Of a stretch of 64,000 nucleotides of DNA, positions 24,201 through 36,848 are shown piece by piece. Below the pieces are notes generated by a model. The model worked only from the letters and a program-made list of their open reading frames with translations, ran no database searches and was not told the DNA's origin. How positions within the stretch are numbered: position 1 is the first letter of the stretch; each line of letters begins with the position of its first letter. The translations under genes and the position numbers were made by a program. Origin of the DNA: Tubulanus polymorphus (Eukaryota; Animalia; Nemertea); contig NC_134026.1 of assembly GCF_964204645.1 (NCBI RefSeq), positions 24,710,150 to 24,774,149 on the forward strand. The letters run 5' to 3'.

Positions 24201-27106
24201 GACCGGACAAAATATTTCACCCGGTGACGTCTAGCTAATGAAAAAGATGATAGAGATTGAACATTGACAATATTCGATCTCTATGAATATGTTCACACTG
24301 GGACATTGTTCAAATAAGCTCGAAATAAGTAAACCTCATCGTTATCGGAAGTATTGACCAGCTTGCGAGCGCAGAGAATACCAGATTTTTTACGAGTCAT
24401 GTGACAATAACCATCATAACCACATTGCGCGAACCGGAAGCACCGGAAGATTGAAATCTGATTGGTTTTCGGAGCAAAAATCAATACGTGGGATCAGAAG
24501 ACGATCTAGAATATCCGCAACTGCATTTCTTTTCCCTACCTTAATTTCTCATCTTCGTCTTTTTCGAAAGAAGCGTGTCGTTCAAATACTTTATTGATAA
24601 CAGCCAGTTCTTCTTGGGTCAAGTGATCCATTGCAGCTGATGGGGGTCGAACCGGTACACTGGATGATCGTCGACGTTTGAACTGATCCGAATTCATTAC
24701 ATCGTCACTGATCGACCTCGATCGCTGAAACTAGATTTTTTATCTTAGAGGGATTGATCCTGTTTGATGATTCATTTGATTGGTAGATTTCGTTTGATTT
24801 GTTTTGATCAAACGACTTATATCAAAAATAAAACGCCAATATTCCAAATTGTAATTCATGTTATTTTGAAACGCCAATAATGATGACGTAGTGCACATCG
24901 ACTCACAGACCCCTTAAAAATAACGCATAATAGTCAGCAATTTATATAAAACATTTTTGTAACGGTTTTTATGGTGTCCAAAAAATGAGCTGGCGACGTA
25001 CTGGCCGGACAGGATATCAAAGATTGGATAGTGGTGATTGCCTTGAGAGTGTCAACTGAAATTCATCATGCAATGTCGGAACGCCTCATCAAAGATGGCT
25101 ACTGTATATCCGGTGATAAACAACGACGATATTCGCAGGCACCCGTTTCCTACTTCAATAATAGCAAGGGAAAATACAGAGCCACTCATATTAATATCGA
25201 ATTACACGGACCTCAAAGGACCAAAATCTAGGGACTTGGTCCGAAGCTTGTATCATAGCATGGCTTGCTAAGCGAAGTTTTAGAGTCCATGGTTATAGTT
25301 AGAACAGTGTTTGAGATCCATTTCTAGTTAGCCAATCGAGTAGGCCTATAGCGAAACTCAATCGTGACACTCAACGCAATATCAAAAGATCAAAGTATTT
25401 TCATATTGAACGAAGATGTATATTTAGAAATACGTCAATACATTAGATACTGACGACAGGTTGTAAAGGTGTCGATAATTTCCACTATTTACTCCGTCGA
25501 TAGACAAACATCAGCTAAATTATTATACGTCACGGAGAAATAGATGAATCTTCTCAGTGTTGTTCATCTCATGGGCATGCACACGTAATCGTTTATGCTT
25601 TGATAGTTCTTTCATCATCGCCGAGAAGATCAGTTATTATAGATATCATCATGAATAGATTCCACGATTCCAATCTTAAAGTCGTACGTTTTGTGCAGAA
25701 GCGAATCGGCTACTTTTTAGTTATTGTTTATTCAAATTCAATGGGATATTTACATAAGAATATCTCGTAGAGAATTTCAGCCGTAAAATTTACCAGGTAT
25801 CACGCAGACTCAACTGCCGTACATCGACCGGAAGACATTAATTTTACGGATATCCAATTATTGCACGAATAAATATCAAGAATTTCCTGGTTTATTTTTT
25901 GCAGTTGTATTGCAATAACATGTCAATAAACTCCGGGCCAGTGGATAATCTAAACATAGCCGTACAGTCATTGATTTCGTTCCGTTCTGGGTAAATCATT
26001 CCCAGTGCTTCCATGAAACGGTTAAAAATTTGACAAGGATCATTTCCGATGTTTTTCATGAACCATTAGGAATCGTTTCTTAGTATGATTTTTTGAGTCA
26101 CTCGGAGCTCAAAGAAAGCACTTTCGCTCCGAAATTTGCATATCCCAGAGAAGAGGACATTATGTTGTCAGTTAAGGTACCGACATCGGATATTGTCTTT
26201 CCATTTTCAATCTTTACTTAATGCGTGTACATTTGGATAATATTTTACCCGTTGTCTTAGTGACGTCGAATTGAGAACGGCTTAAAAAAATTGCAGGCCA
26301 ACCTATAAATCCTTTGGTCAGATTATTGAAGCAGAAACGTTCGTACTCTCTCGACCGGTTAAATAACATTAACGCCAACTCTCACGGAAATGAGCGCATG
26401 AAATAATGGTCCGAGAATATGTCAAAAGCATTTGACCGTTAGAACCTGGGAGACTGGCGAGTAGTAGTAAACGTCGTCATGAAAGATGCGTCATTCATTC
26501 AGTTCGAGAGGCGCATCGAATTTGGAATAATTATTCATCGTTCATCGATTTGTAGTTAATTAATACTCCGATTAATTGTCATTTCATGCCGCCATAACAG
26601 TTTGTCGGATATAGCCAGCCACGGCTTCGAGGCGAATGTTTATTAAATAATACGAATGGTCGAAGAAGAATGTAGATATAGATGGAAAGTGCTTTTAGTA
26701 TCAACCAGCAAATGTCCAAAACGGTTGTCCGTGATATTCAGTATACTAGTTCAGGATATGTTTTCTCGCATTTTCGAAGGAGAAAGAAACATATGAAACC
26801 GAAAGGGTTTACGCCAAAAGGCCATTTAAGGTTTCCACCATTTGGCTTAATTTCGCAAAACCCTGGCACTACCATAAGATATTTTTCCATCTTCCCCTGA
26901 GAAAATTGTATTTTTAGATTTGACCTCACGTGTCTACAGAAGATTTATTAATTCAAAAATGTTGATGATACCCGTGTGATTCGTTTCAGACACAGCGACT
27001 CTACAGTAATGATCAGCTGTTATTAAAAGTCAACCCGGTTACATCAATCATAATAAAGAGGATTTAAAACAGTCCAGAGTTTTATTACCTTTTTAAAGGA
27101 CGACAT
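8904..27106 (-). CDS. RIM-family (Fife/RIM/Piccolo-related) presynaptic active-zone protein, ~1279 aa: Rab-binding helix, Zn finger, degenerate PDZ, C2A, C2B
   Basis: Phase-consistent exons: 27106-27089 (MSSFKK, tentative start), 24724-24540 (DHLTQEELAVINKVFERH), 23509-23290 (CRLCFKTKF..GRHCYECGQRICSRCG), 22614-22444 (WRCRLC..KSGQWYHG, cf. SGAWF motif), 21852-20442, 20316-20257, 19221-19129, 18616-18511, 18417-18365, 18223-18153, 16551-16367, 16165-16072, 15902-15584 (C2A: GNVQLQLWF..PNPYVKIYLLP..LEITIWDY..FLGEV), 11627-11541, 10983-10876, 10667-10572, 9937-9856, 9722-9673, 9516-9397, 9312-9170, 9071-8904 (C2B: GDIKLSL..PPDSYVKTYL..KRKTKTV..DPQFQQKLKYSASDI). Small linker exons are less certain. 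From memory the C2B looks closer to arthropod Fife than to canonical RIM/UNC-10. Confidence 0.88.
11690..11704 (+). repeat. Poly-G run (15 nt)
   Basis: G homopolymer in an intron, ~60 nt upstream (in minus-strand sense) of the acceptor at 11627. Confidence 0.9.
14000..14012. promoter_or_regulatory. RFX X-box at a candidate internal promoter of the RIM/Fife-like gene
   Basis: GTTGCTAGGAAAC; on the minus strand it precedes an Inr-like TTAGTT (~13961-13966) and acaaaATG at 13903. Confidence 0.45.
14969..15233 (+). repeat. Compound polypurine tract: (GGGAGAGA/GGGAGCT)n, then (GGGA)~14, then (GA)~17
   Basis: Read directly from sequence; accounts for the low-complexity ORFs at 14876-15297. Confidence 0.97.
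15959..15991. mobile_element. 19-bp palindrome with perfect 7-bp TSD (putative transposon footprint)
   Basis: gttttac-CAGGAAGG-tca-CCTTCCTG-gttttac. Confidence 0.6.
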
Positions 27107-30100
27107 ATTCGGTTAGTCACTGCTGATTCAAGTTCTTTCCTCGAATTCACCGGTATTCACCCCGTAACGATTGTTTTTCAGCATTCATAACTGCAATATA
27201 AAAATTTACGGATGAGCATTCTTCCGGGGCCTTTACTGCAAGTGGAGACGAATATCTAATTTGACTGGCAAGAGAAGCGGCTAACCGCTACAAGAACGGG
27301 TCATCGGCTGGTGCCGTAAACTCACTTTCTAAAGTAAATATATCGGATAACTTGAAAGGAACGATGACTTATTGGAACCGCACCTCGTTTTGATACAAGG
27401 CGTGCAATGATTGGCCGTGGTTAAGAAATCATATGCCTCGTTCGCTCTTTTAGGCTACCGAGCTGCTCGTCTAAGGGCAATAGAGCAAAAAATCCACTAC
27501 GTATTACATCTCCGAGGTTTCTGCATGATTAGTACGTTCAATGCTCATCGAACCCGGGGATAGAAATATTATCGAACCAAGCATCGAATTGTGAATTTCA
27601 TTTTGTTCGTACGTTTGACGATGACGGATTGTATTGTCACTTCAATAAATCAGTGTATCCAGTACCTGTCGTTTGCTTCATTCTATCTAACTGGCTGTAT
27701 TAATCACGACAATTGCAGCCCTCGTATGGCCGAGTAATTTCGTTAACTCGCAAGATAGGACTATAATGAATGAGCGGACGGCCCGCTGATTAACGAGACA
27801 ACTCCTCACTTGTTATGAGCCCGAGCTCTTGCGACGAAACGACGAGATGTCATTAACGAAGATGGATGCAAAACAGAAAGACTATTGTGGTCGAAAGAAG
27901 GCGAATGGCAATTAAAACTATCCTCATAAGTAGACCAGATCAACGCATCGCGGTGGCGTTCGAAATTCATTTTATGCACATTAACCCATTGGCATCGATT
28001 TTGCGATCTCTATTTGACAATTAATAAGAATTTATGAGCATCATTAGTGAAGTCATTATTGAGTTCTTCCGCGGAAAAATATCAATGGCAAATGTCGCCG
28101 GTAATGTATGTGATAGTGAAAGTGCGCTTTACCCTAATAAAATATTTCTAATGAAAATGCTGCTGTTGAAATTACATAATACTGCTAAGAGTGTAGCCTG
28201 TTTTTTGATTGGTTATTCATTAATTAACGTTTGGAGTGGTTGGAAATGATTTCTCCAAGATTTACGTCATGAGATCGGATATTAAAAACCCGTAGTGGTT
28301 TTTGCGACCAATTTTCATACAGCGCTAAATTATCGCCACTTTCGCCGTCAAAGAGTAAATCACATAACAAGATAGCGCGCGTTGAATACCAAAACTTCGC
28401 AACAAAAGTCACAGCAATCTTAGTCAGCAATTTAAAGAAATAGGACTGCAAGCGGTATGATTTATGACAATAAATCGCCGCATGGTATTGCTGTATTATC
28501 AGGTGTTCCGTCCAGATCTTGAGCGAGTTTGGGTACATGCTATATGAAATCTAAATTTATTCGCCAATAAAGCCATCCACTCGCACGGGCAGAAGAGAGA
28601 TTGCCTAGAATGGTTTATAGACATATACGTAATCGCACATAAAAGCGTCTTCTGATTCGGGGAGAGAAATCAGTGATTCCATAAAAATACGGCTTTTCGC
28701 CATAGATGCATAATTACCACAAAGCAAATCATATGACGTACGTACGCAATGCCAGTTAACCACTTAGTCATGGTCATTTATGCTGAGTACAGGACGTTAT
28801 TGCTCGTAGGACGAGGTTGCAGCAAACAGTGTCTTGTTTACTCGGCGAATATATGAAATTATGTCTTACAAGTCACCAGTTTAGTGGATTCTTCAGCATT
28901 AAGAGCCGGCCATAATCATCGTACATCGAAACATCGTTTCGTGTGAGGTTATCACTTCCAGATCATGAAACATATCTGATGGACCGTATTCAAATATTTT
29001 AGTCGTTGGACGTTAGTAGTTTAGTCGTTAGTATAGTTGTGACGCTAAAATGCTGAATTATGAGGCGAAAGCTAGTAAAGCGAACAGATTTGCGTGTTTA
29101 CAGAGAATAGAAACCCTTTCTGCAACCAGTAGAATTACTGGAAAATGTTATCGACTGAATGTCTCGTGTGATATTCTATTGCGTGAGTGCATCAAAATCG
29201 GGTATATAAATCATTTGAAAAATAATCAAAATATCCGTCCTGTATAATTTGTCTGGTCCATTATTTCCACGTATTCGACAATGGTATGGCTGTATACCTT
29301 TAAGTGAATAATGATAATGCAATCGTTTTTTTGTACTTATCATCCAGAAACGATATGATATAATATCATAACGAAGAAGACGAATGCCCAAGTAAATCAT
29401 CGGGTTATAATGATACCGTGTGAATGGATACAGTATCGAACACATGTCAAAGGTTTCTTTGCAAAACACTTGACGCCGTTGCGATCATAAAATCGGGTTG
29501 ATATTATTTCCCTGATGCACATTCTCACAATATGAAATCGTAGATGCGAGAATTTCCTTAGTTTAAAACGCGTAATCTAGCTAATCGGAATTAGCTCACA
29601 ACTCACGTGGTACCTTCTTCTATGGCGTTAGACAACAGGCGGCGAGACTAATATCATTAACAGAATCGTCCAAAACTAGACACACTTTATTATAATCTTA
29701 TCACCGTCATCGATTCTGTCCTTAGTCTGTATATTGCATCTGCCCTGTCATTGCGTTATTGGTTTTAGATACTAGTTTTACCAGTTAACTTTTTATCATG
29801 CCCAAAAACCTATTCGCATATGGCCTGGGACTTATGTTTAAATAGAAGTGCCAACCCAAAGTAATCCTACATAAAAAAAGCTTTTCTGCCTGTCGCAAGC
29901 ATAAGCACAAAGAGTTCATTTTAATGTTAATATCGCCGCAGAATATTTGCTGATCGGATTAGTCTGGCAGCTGAATCTGAGAAAGTATAAATGAATATAA
30001 ATTCACGAAAAGCCCATAACAACTCATAAAATTGATGGCTGTAGGATGCAAGTTGGCAATCATGGGACAGCAGTATCACTGACTGAAAACGGCGAAGTGA

Positions 30101-31755
30101 ATATGTCACAAATGCTTAAGCAGCCAACTTGGTGAATAATCATTTTATCATAGCATGCCGTTTAACGGAAACCCAAGAGCCATAAAATGTTGATAGATTT
30201 TTGCAGATCCACATAATGCTTATATTTCCTTTAATTTTCAATTTATGATTACCTTATTTCCAAGAAATCCCAATTCTGCTAATTAATCTTATTTCTTACA
30301 GAACACTTAATCAATTCCTTTGTTGTTAGTCGGAAAGGAATAATTCAAATTGGTGTATCTCATACGTATTCATTTCAGATCATAGAAGTCCATAAGTGTA
30401 TATGCGAAAGGACTTCTTACATCTTGGATTATCAGTGATCTGAAAGTGAATTGATAGTTGGTGATTGGAAAGTTTCTTTTGATTTTGTGTCAAGTGTTGT
30501 ACCCTGACTGTCGACACTATGGATACAAACGTCACTAAAGGAAACATGTGTCCTTACAAAATTGAAAGTGAATTTCTACGCTGAATTAATTTTCCCCCAA
30601 GTATATTGCAAGTTGCGCTTAAAACGTCAATTCGTGGCGTCGTAATCTTGGGCTGTTGACAGCTTTGCTTAGTGTATAGAGCCGGTGCGAGGCTTGAATC
30701 TGTAAAAGTATGGAAATAATGATATGAAAAGGGAATTCACTTCATATATGATGCTCGCTACTATTGAAAGTGTTCAGGGGAATTATCATATGAAAAGATA
30801 AAATCTTTGAACCAATCCCGAATAATACTTATAAGTCATTGATATACCACGTTGGAATTCAGTTTTGAATAAAACTGCAAAGACAAAGGAAACGTTCTTT
30901 TTAACGACACCAACAGTGCTCCGCTCCTTTAAAACAAATCGTGTAAAATATGGTTACCGGTATACGGAAATGTTGACGTCTGTATATAACGTCTGTTCGA
31001 TGCATTGATGCATCGATTACGATTGAAATCTAATACTCCACTAACGCTTAACCCTTATAACATAGATGCACAAGGAAGGTCTGTATTTAATCAATCAATG
31101 AATACCGTACTGACGAAAAATGAACCTTCCCGATGGATTGAAAATTAATACCGCCACACATCTTCGTGTTAAGTCTTTTGCAATACATGACGCTCAAATT
31201 AATAACACTATTTTTCTGAGTGGTAGGCAGGAATTGCATTTGGAATAGGATATCTCTTATGCGCTTAAAATAGTTCCTCGTCACATTTCTGAGTAACAAC
31301 CCCTTTAAATCTGCTCAATACACGATAGATTATATGATATACACAATTTCACATTAGGATAAACGAAAAAAGATATTACATTGTTTTATCAGGTCGTCGC
31401 AGTATTCCTCGAATTAGACAAAGGTAGCATTTTAAGCATTTAAAACATCGTCTAGGTTAAAGTAAAAAATATAGCAAATCTGATATGATTTAAGTTTCCC
31501 CGCGCCGGCGAGCTAGTCGTAGATCTTGTCAGATTCGGCAACAAGAAACCAATTATGCCCAGTGCGCAAACCAATCAACTAAACATAAGATGTCCGTAAC
31601 TTCATTGTTACCGACAAACTACTAATAAATGGTTCAATCTATGTTCGCTTTCTCCATACATTGAATAACGTCTTCGCAGTCCCATGATAATAAGACACAA
31701 GTGAACTAACAGAAATTCTTTTCCGTTATGCACTGTCGTTTAGATCAGGCGAACA

Positions 31756-32241
31756 TTGCGTGTATGCAAAATGCGCTGCGTCATATTCGCCCAGTCATTT
31801 TGCGGTAAACGAGCTTTTACCCGTTCGGGGTAATACGTTGGGAAAAAGCTAACGCGGGTGTGTGCGCGCAGTTGCGTGTAAATCAGGGAGGCAGGGATTT
31901 TACCTAACCTTACCCTCGGACCTTACCTGACCTGAACCGAGACTCCAACCGCTCGACAAAACGCCCAGCCGACTTAGTACCAAATACGTATTACGACCTA
32001 ATTTAATCGGTAACATTTTAGCGATTTTAGACAAGGTAAAATTTCTTTAAGGGTGATGCATACACACTTGCCGCAGCTCCTTCGTTGGACCATGGACGTA
32101 TAAACTTATACGTCCATGGTTGGACGCATTTTTTCGCCAGATGTGCGATGGACTATGGACTCTTCGTTTTAGAGTCCATGAGTCGACTGACTTATGCGCT
32201 GAATGCATACGAACTTTGCGCAGCGCAATTTGCGTACGCAA
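31756..32241. mobile_element. Old non-autonomous TIR element remnant with internal cctaacc-like repeats
   Basis: tatgcaaaatgcgctgcg (31763-31780) vs reverse complement of 32219-32236 tacgcaaattgcgctgcg (16/18 match); internal tacctaaccttaccct..ccttacctgacctgaacc; GC-richer than flanks. Confidence 0.45.
32084..32125. mobile_element. 28-bp perfect palindrome with perfect 7-bp TSD (putative P-superfamily footprint)
   Basis: gttggac-CATGGACGTATAA-ac-TTATACGTCCATG-gttggac. Confidence 0.8.
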
Positions 32242-35200
32242 GCGGGCTTGGAGCGCGCTCAAATGACACGAGAAAGGTTTGTAGTTCACCAAGAAGAAGT
32301 TGTTGATGTCTTGTGGAGTTTTATCTTGGATTTATTTGTGAAACCAAATATTTACTATACCTACCTCATGAAAACCAACTTGATAGTCTGAATAAGGAAA
32401 CAGTTTAAGGATAAACATACCTGAAATCTTACGAATTCACTCTAAGAATCCCCTTCGGCAAAAACTCACACGTTAAGATAATGAAAACATCATGATATCC
32501 TGTCTGTGTTGGCTATTGAAGGCGTTGGTTAGGATATCTCGATTGGCTCAGATGTGCGAGGACGATACATATGTATGTCATCGTACATCCTGGCCTATTG
32601 CTACAGCTAAAAATCTAGCAATTATCACCTTTGACTAACAACTGTGAAGAACTCGAATAATGACGTAATAATTAGTCGTACTAATTACGATGCTGGCAGG
32701 TGGTTAGCTATTAACGCTGGATGCTCCAAATATGTACGTATGCGTATGGCAGCTATTTGTAATAAAGAACCGATGAAATGATAGAATCACTGAATCTTCG
32801 GCCCCTGTACAAAATAACTGAATAGCAATAAAACCTGAAAATTTCAGTCATCGTGATATGAAAAACCAAATACACCAATTCCATCGTTAAAAGAACTGGT
32901 TCGAAAAGTCACTGCAGCCATAATACGCTTATGATCAACAGAGGAATGATAAAACCTGCACTGTGAATACACGGTGCCAAGAATGTCAATTGAATATTAA
33001 AGGAATTGCCTTTTTTCACCAGAAGGCCGAGTGAAGATCAAAAAGCCGAACGTTACGTATGAAATATTAAAGTAGCTGTCGTTGTAATCTACGGTTCGCG
33101 TGGATTCAGTTCGCGTCTACCAAAAGTCCGGAATATTTGAGGAATGCACAATTTACAGTGTTGGCTTAAATAAGATTCCGAAACATTCCTAGAGACATAA
33201 CTGTATTCTAATAAGAACCACTTTATCGTCCTGTATTCAAGTGCGATTATAGATATGCATTCAGTTCCACAATATCGAATTTACCTCAAGTTATGACTTT
33301 GAAAATGAACAGATTCCGTCAAACTTACTGAGAAGTTTAGAAAAGCGTTTTGATTTTTCCGGGATGAAACAATAAGTCCGCCATCATTAATGAGATGGAA
33401 AGACATTTCTATTGATGAACAGAAGTACGGGAGACATTACGTGTTCTGGAAATGTTTCTATCGGGTGACTTCACACTTCGAGAAATCATCCGTTTCTAAT
33501 AGGCATTTACCTCCATCCATCTACCATCGTCTGTGTCATGATACGTCTTATCAATACCGATCCAAGATTGATCCTGGCCCGCATGGTGCACCATATATCT
33601 GATATTTCACGTTCGCCTGGGACTGTTTGATAACGCACTCCCAGCCTGAAACCCTTTGGGGATTTGTTTCTAAAATTATTCGTTTCACAAGTCCCACTCT
33701 TCAATCATACGATGCGTTTAGATCTAACGATATGTAGCTGTTAAATGTTTTGGCTGCCTATTATGTTAAGCCGTATGATCCACGTTCGTTTAGACGATTT
33801 ACTTCTAGGTCTGAATTGACAAGTTCTGGAGCAAATTATCCTAAGTAGTTTCCGCTTAGTTAACATCGAAGGAAGGTGCGGTGATTTCTGCAATTTCGTG
33901 TCGGAATTTCGATCTTTGCGCGTCTGCGAACGTGTCGTTATCAAACAGTTTCGTCACGACTGCGATAGATTTATAGAGTAAATAATGCTGAGGAAGTATC
34001 GGTCCATCAAATGGTTTCCATTGACCATCAACGATTTAACGCTAATCACATTTACCCGATGAAACCTCGGCACCCGTGGTGTTATAGACACCGGAATGTG
34101 TGACGAATTAATTCGGGTTTATCAGAACGGTCAGTTTTAGGAACAATAAGTATACATTATGACTCGATAGATTGATAATCTCATCTGAAGGGTTGCTTCA
34201 GGTCGTCGGACTTATCGTGTGCCATCGATTTAAATTGGTAGAATTGAGAAACTTGCAATCGTTCACAAGCTCGCAAACTTATCTCTTCAATTTCAGACTT
34301 GCCCGGGGTTAACAATTGATAATTCTCAATTAATGCCTCTTCTATAATTGGCATGTGAACGTAAGCGAATTCAAATCAACCGGAGGGGTTTTCGCTTCCC
34401 CCGCAGAACGAAACGAATGAAGGTCTCGGAAATGATGATATGACATAGGTTGATCAGAGGGATTGAATGGAAGGCAGGAAACGAAACCTCTAATGGCTTG
34501 GCTTTTCGTCGACGGCATCTCTACAGGTGGATGATCAATTAGCGCTTGTTTTTCTCTCCTCCCTCTCTGATTCTAATGGCAAATGGCAGATGATTGGTTA
34601 TTTGTCAGTTGTTTCTGTTTGTTTATTCGTTCATCATGTCAATTCTATTTCTTTATGAAATTCCCAAGATGATTCTAGGTCATTCCATACAGTTTCCATT
34701 ATTAGAGATACTAAGAGAAAAATTAATCATTTTCATGTTCTAATCTTAAGATCTCCGCACATAAGCTAAATCAATATTGTTATATTCGATCGTCGATCGA
34801 ACGACTCAACTTTCCCTCTTTGCGATGTACAATTCTTCAATTTAAGAAATTGACTCTTCAACTATCTATCCACTCGTATGGTCAAAGACACTTGGTTAAT
34901 TGCCTCGTCTATATCTCATCAACGCGACCTTACATTCCGCCTAATGGTAATTCTCAGCATCTTGGTTCAGTGTCTTGAGACCGATATTTCAATCAAATAA
35001 GGCCATCGTTTGTCTCGTTTGCCTTTGACAATGAATATATCTAATTTCTATCCGAAATGTAACAATAGTAAAAAGAATATTGTAGAATTTACTGTTTAGT
35101 ATATAGTGGATTTGCGATTATCAACTATTTTCAAATAGTGGAAGTTCCTCGATCGATCAAAAACCTATGTATCAATAACAACACATTGATAGAACTCACC

Positions 35201-36848
35201 TTACACCGAGCTATTCCAGTAGAGTCACACATTCCCGGAAAGTCGGCGAAAAATAATTCTTCGAGGAAACTTGAAAACTGTGAGGTCGTTAGTCGCGTTT
35301 TGGAATGCTTATATTATTACCTCGAGTGAGATTAACTTCTGCTATCCGTATCAGATGCAAGTGACATGGTCTACTATTAGGAGGTAGATTAACACCGTCA
35401 GCATCAGCGGCAGATACGACTCGGCAACTGATCACCAAGTCGCTGTATGAGACACATGTCAACACTCGGAATAACAGCGGCAAAAAGTATCCAGTTTCAC
35501 TTCAATATTCACAGATATTCGAGATTTATGCACCATTATACATACGTCAGATAAAAGCGTTGAACTAGATCTCGGTCATGACAGTTTCAGCCGCTAAAAT
35601 TCAAAATCATTTTACCTTAAACATAAGGTACGCGGTGTAATGAAAATAGTCAATATGTAAAGTAAATAATTTCCAGATTAAAGTTCAACTCTTTGGATCC
35701 CTCGTTTAATCCTGTCGGCTTTATCGTGTGTCTGACTGACAACTCAATTGTCACGATGCCGCAGCAGCTCCGTATACGACGTCGAGGACGCGATTCAACG
35801 CCGGCGTAGAAACCGCCTAACGTCACAGTCTCCTTATCAACACACATAAACCGATTCTACTCTCATAAACTGCTACGTACGTAAATACGAAAAGGTGAAA
35901 TCTGTTTATCAGTGGATGGCAAAAACTAGTATTCAAGCAGCGTGTTCACAACAACAAGAGCAGATTCACGAGTATTGTAGATTTCGTAGATTATTTTCTC
36001 TAATTTTGCCATTTTCAGTCATTCTAAAGGTATATACATTTCGTCAAATGTTATCAAACTCGATATGAATCTGTTTTAATAATTACTGTTAATTCTAATG
36101 GTATAAAATTTGTACAGAATAATTTTTGAAAATAGGCTGAACTGAAAAAATGCCGTTACGTAAACCACACGAAAGGGTTGAAAATTAGGGAAATAATCTA
36201 AATGTGACGTATCTGACCTATCTGCATTAGTCAGGAGGAGTATAGAAACGAACGAATCGCGTGAGGGAGTTACTTTCCACCAGATGGCGCATCGGTGAAA
36301 CGAAATCGAAACTATTCGCAAAAACGTTTGGTATAATCTGAAACCCAAACCATATGCCCTAAATTAGAACATTTTTGGTATTAATCACTTAGATTTGATT
36401 TAGTATCTGAAAATTGATAACTCGATGAATAAGATTTGAAAATGATGGGGCAGAAGAATGTTCACAAAATGCAATAGTTGGGAGATGCTTTAGAATTTAG
36501 TTAGTGATACTGATATATTTCCAATTATTGGCTTGAACAGGGTGTATACATCGGTACACCGTATTATGATGCATGAATTTATGTAATAGATTTGATGAAA
36601 CGGTTGATTTGAAGAATTGAGTGGATGAAATTACCCCTGAAAAAGCGAGTCGACTCGTCCAGTGTGATACTGCTGCATGTTTGCAGCACTTGATACGCGC
36701 GTGGTGACTAGCGACGGATGGCGCCTGACAACCGTTCATCGGATCCCATCATGCTGTATCGTCTTCGTTAATTAATACTCAAATATCGTACATATATATA
36801 GATAAGTAAATTTCGTTTAGACTTTTCTCAGGATTTTATCTTGATGCT

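Noticed and set aside
30998-31017. Palindrome tcgatgcat-tg-atgcatcga (also a small hairpin at 4146-4189)
   Set aside because: No TSD or family-like termini; compatible with chance.
35623-35642. miR-124-like sequence taaggtacgcggtgtaatg (also an 11-nt match at ~45583)
   Set aside because: Seed mismatch and no pre-miRNA hairpin; better explained as a splice donor of a 5'-UTR exon.
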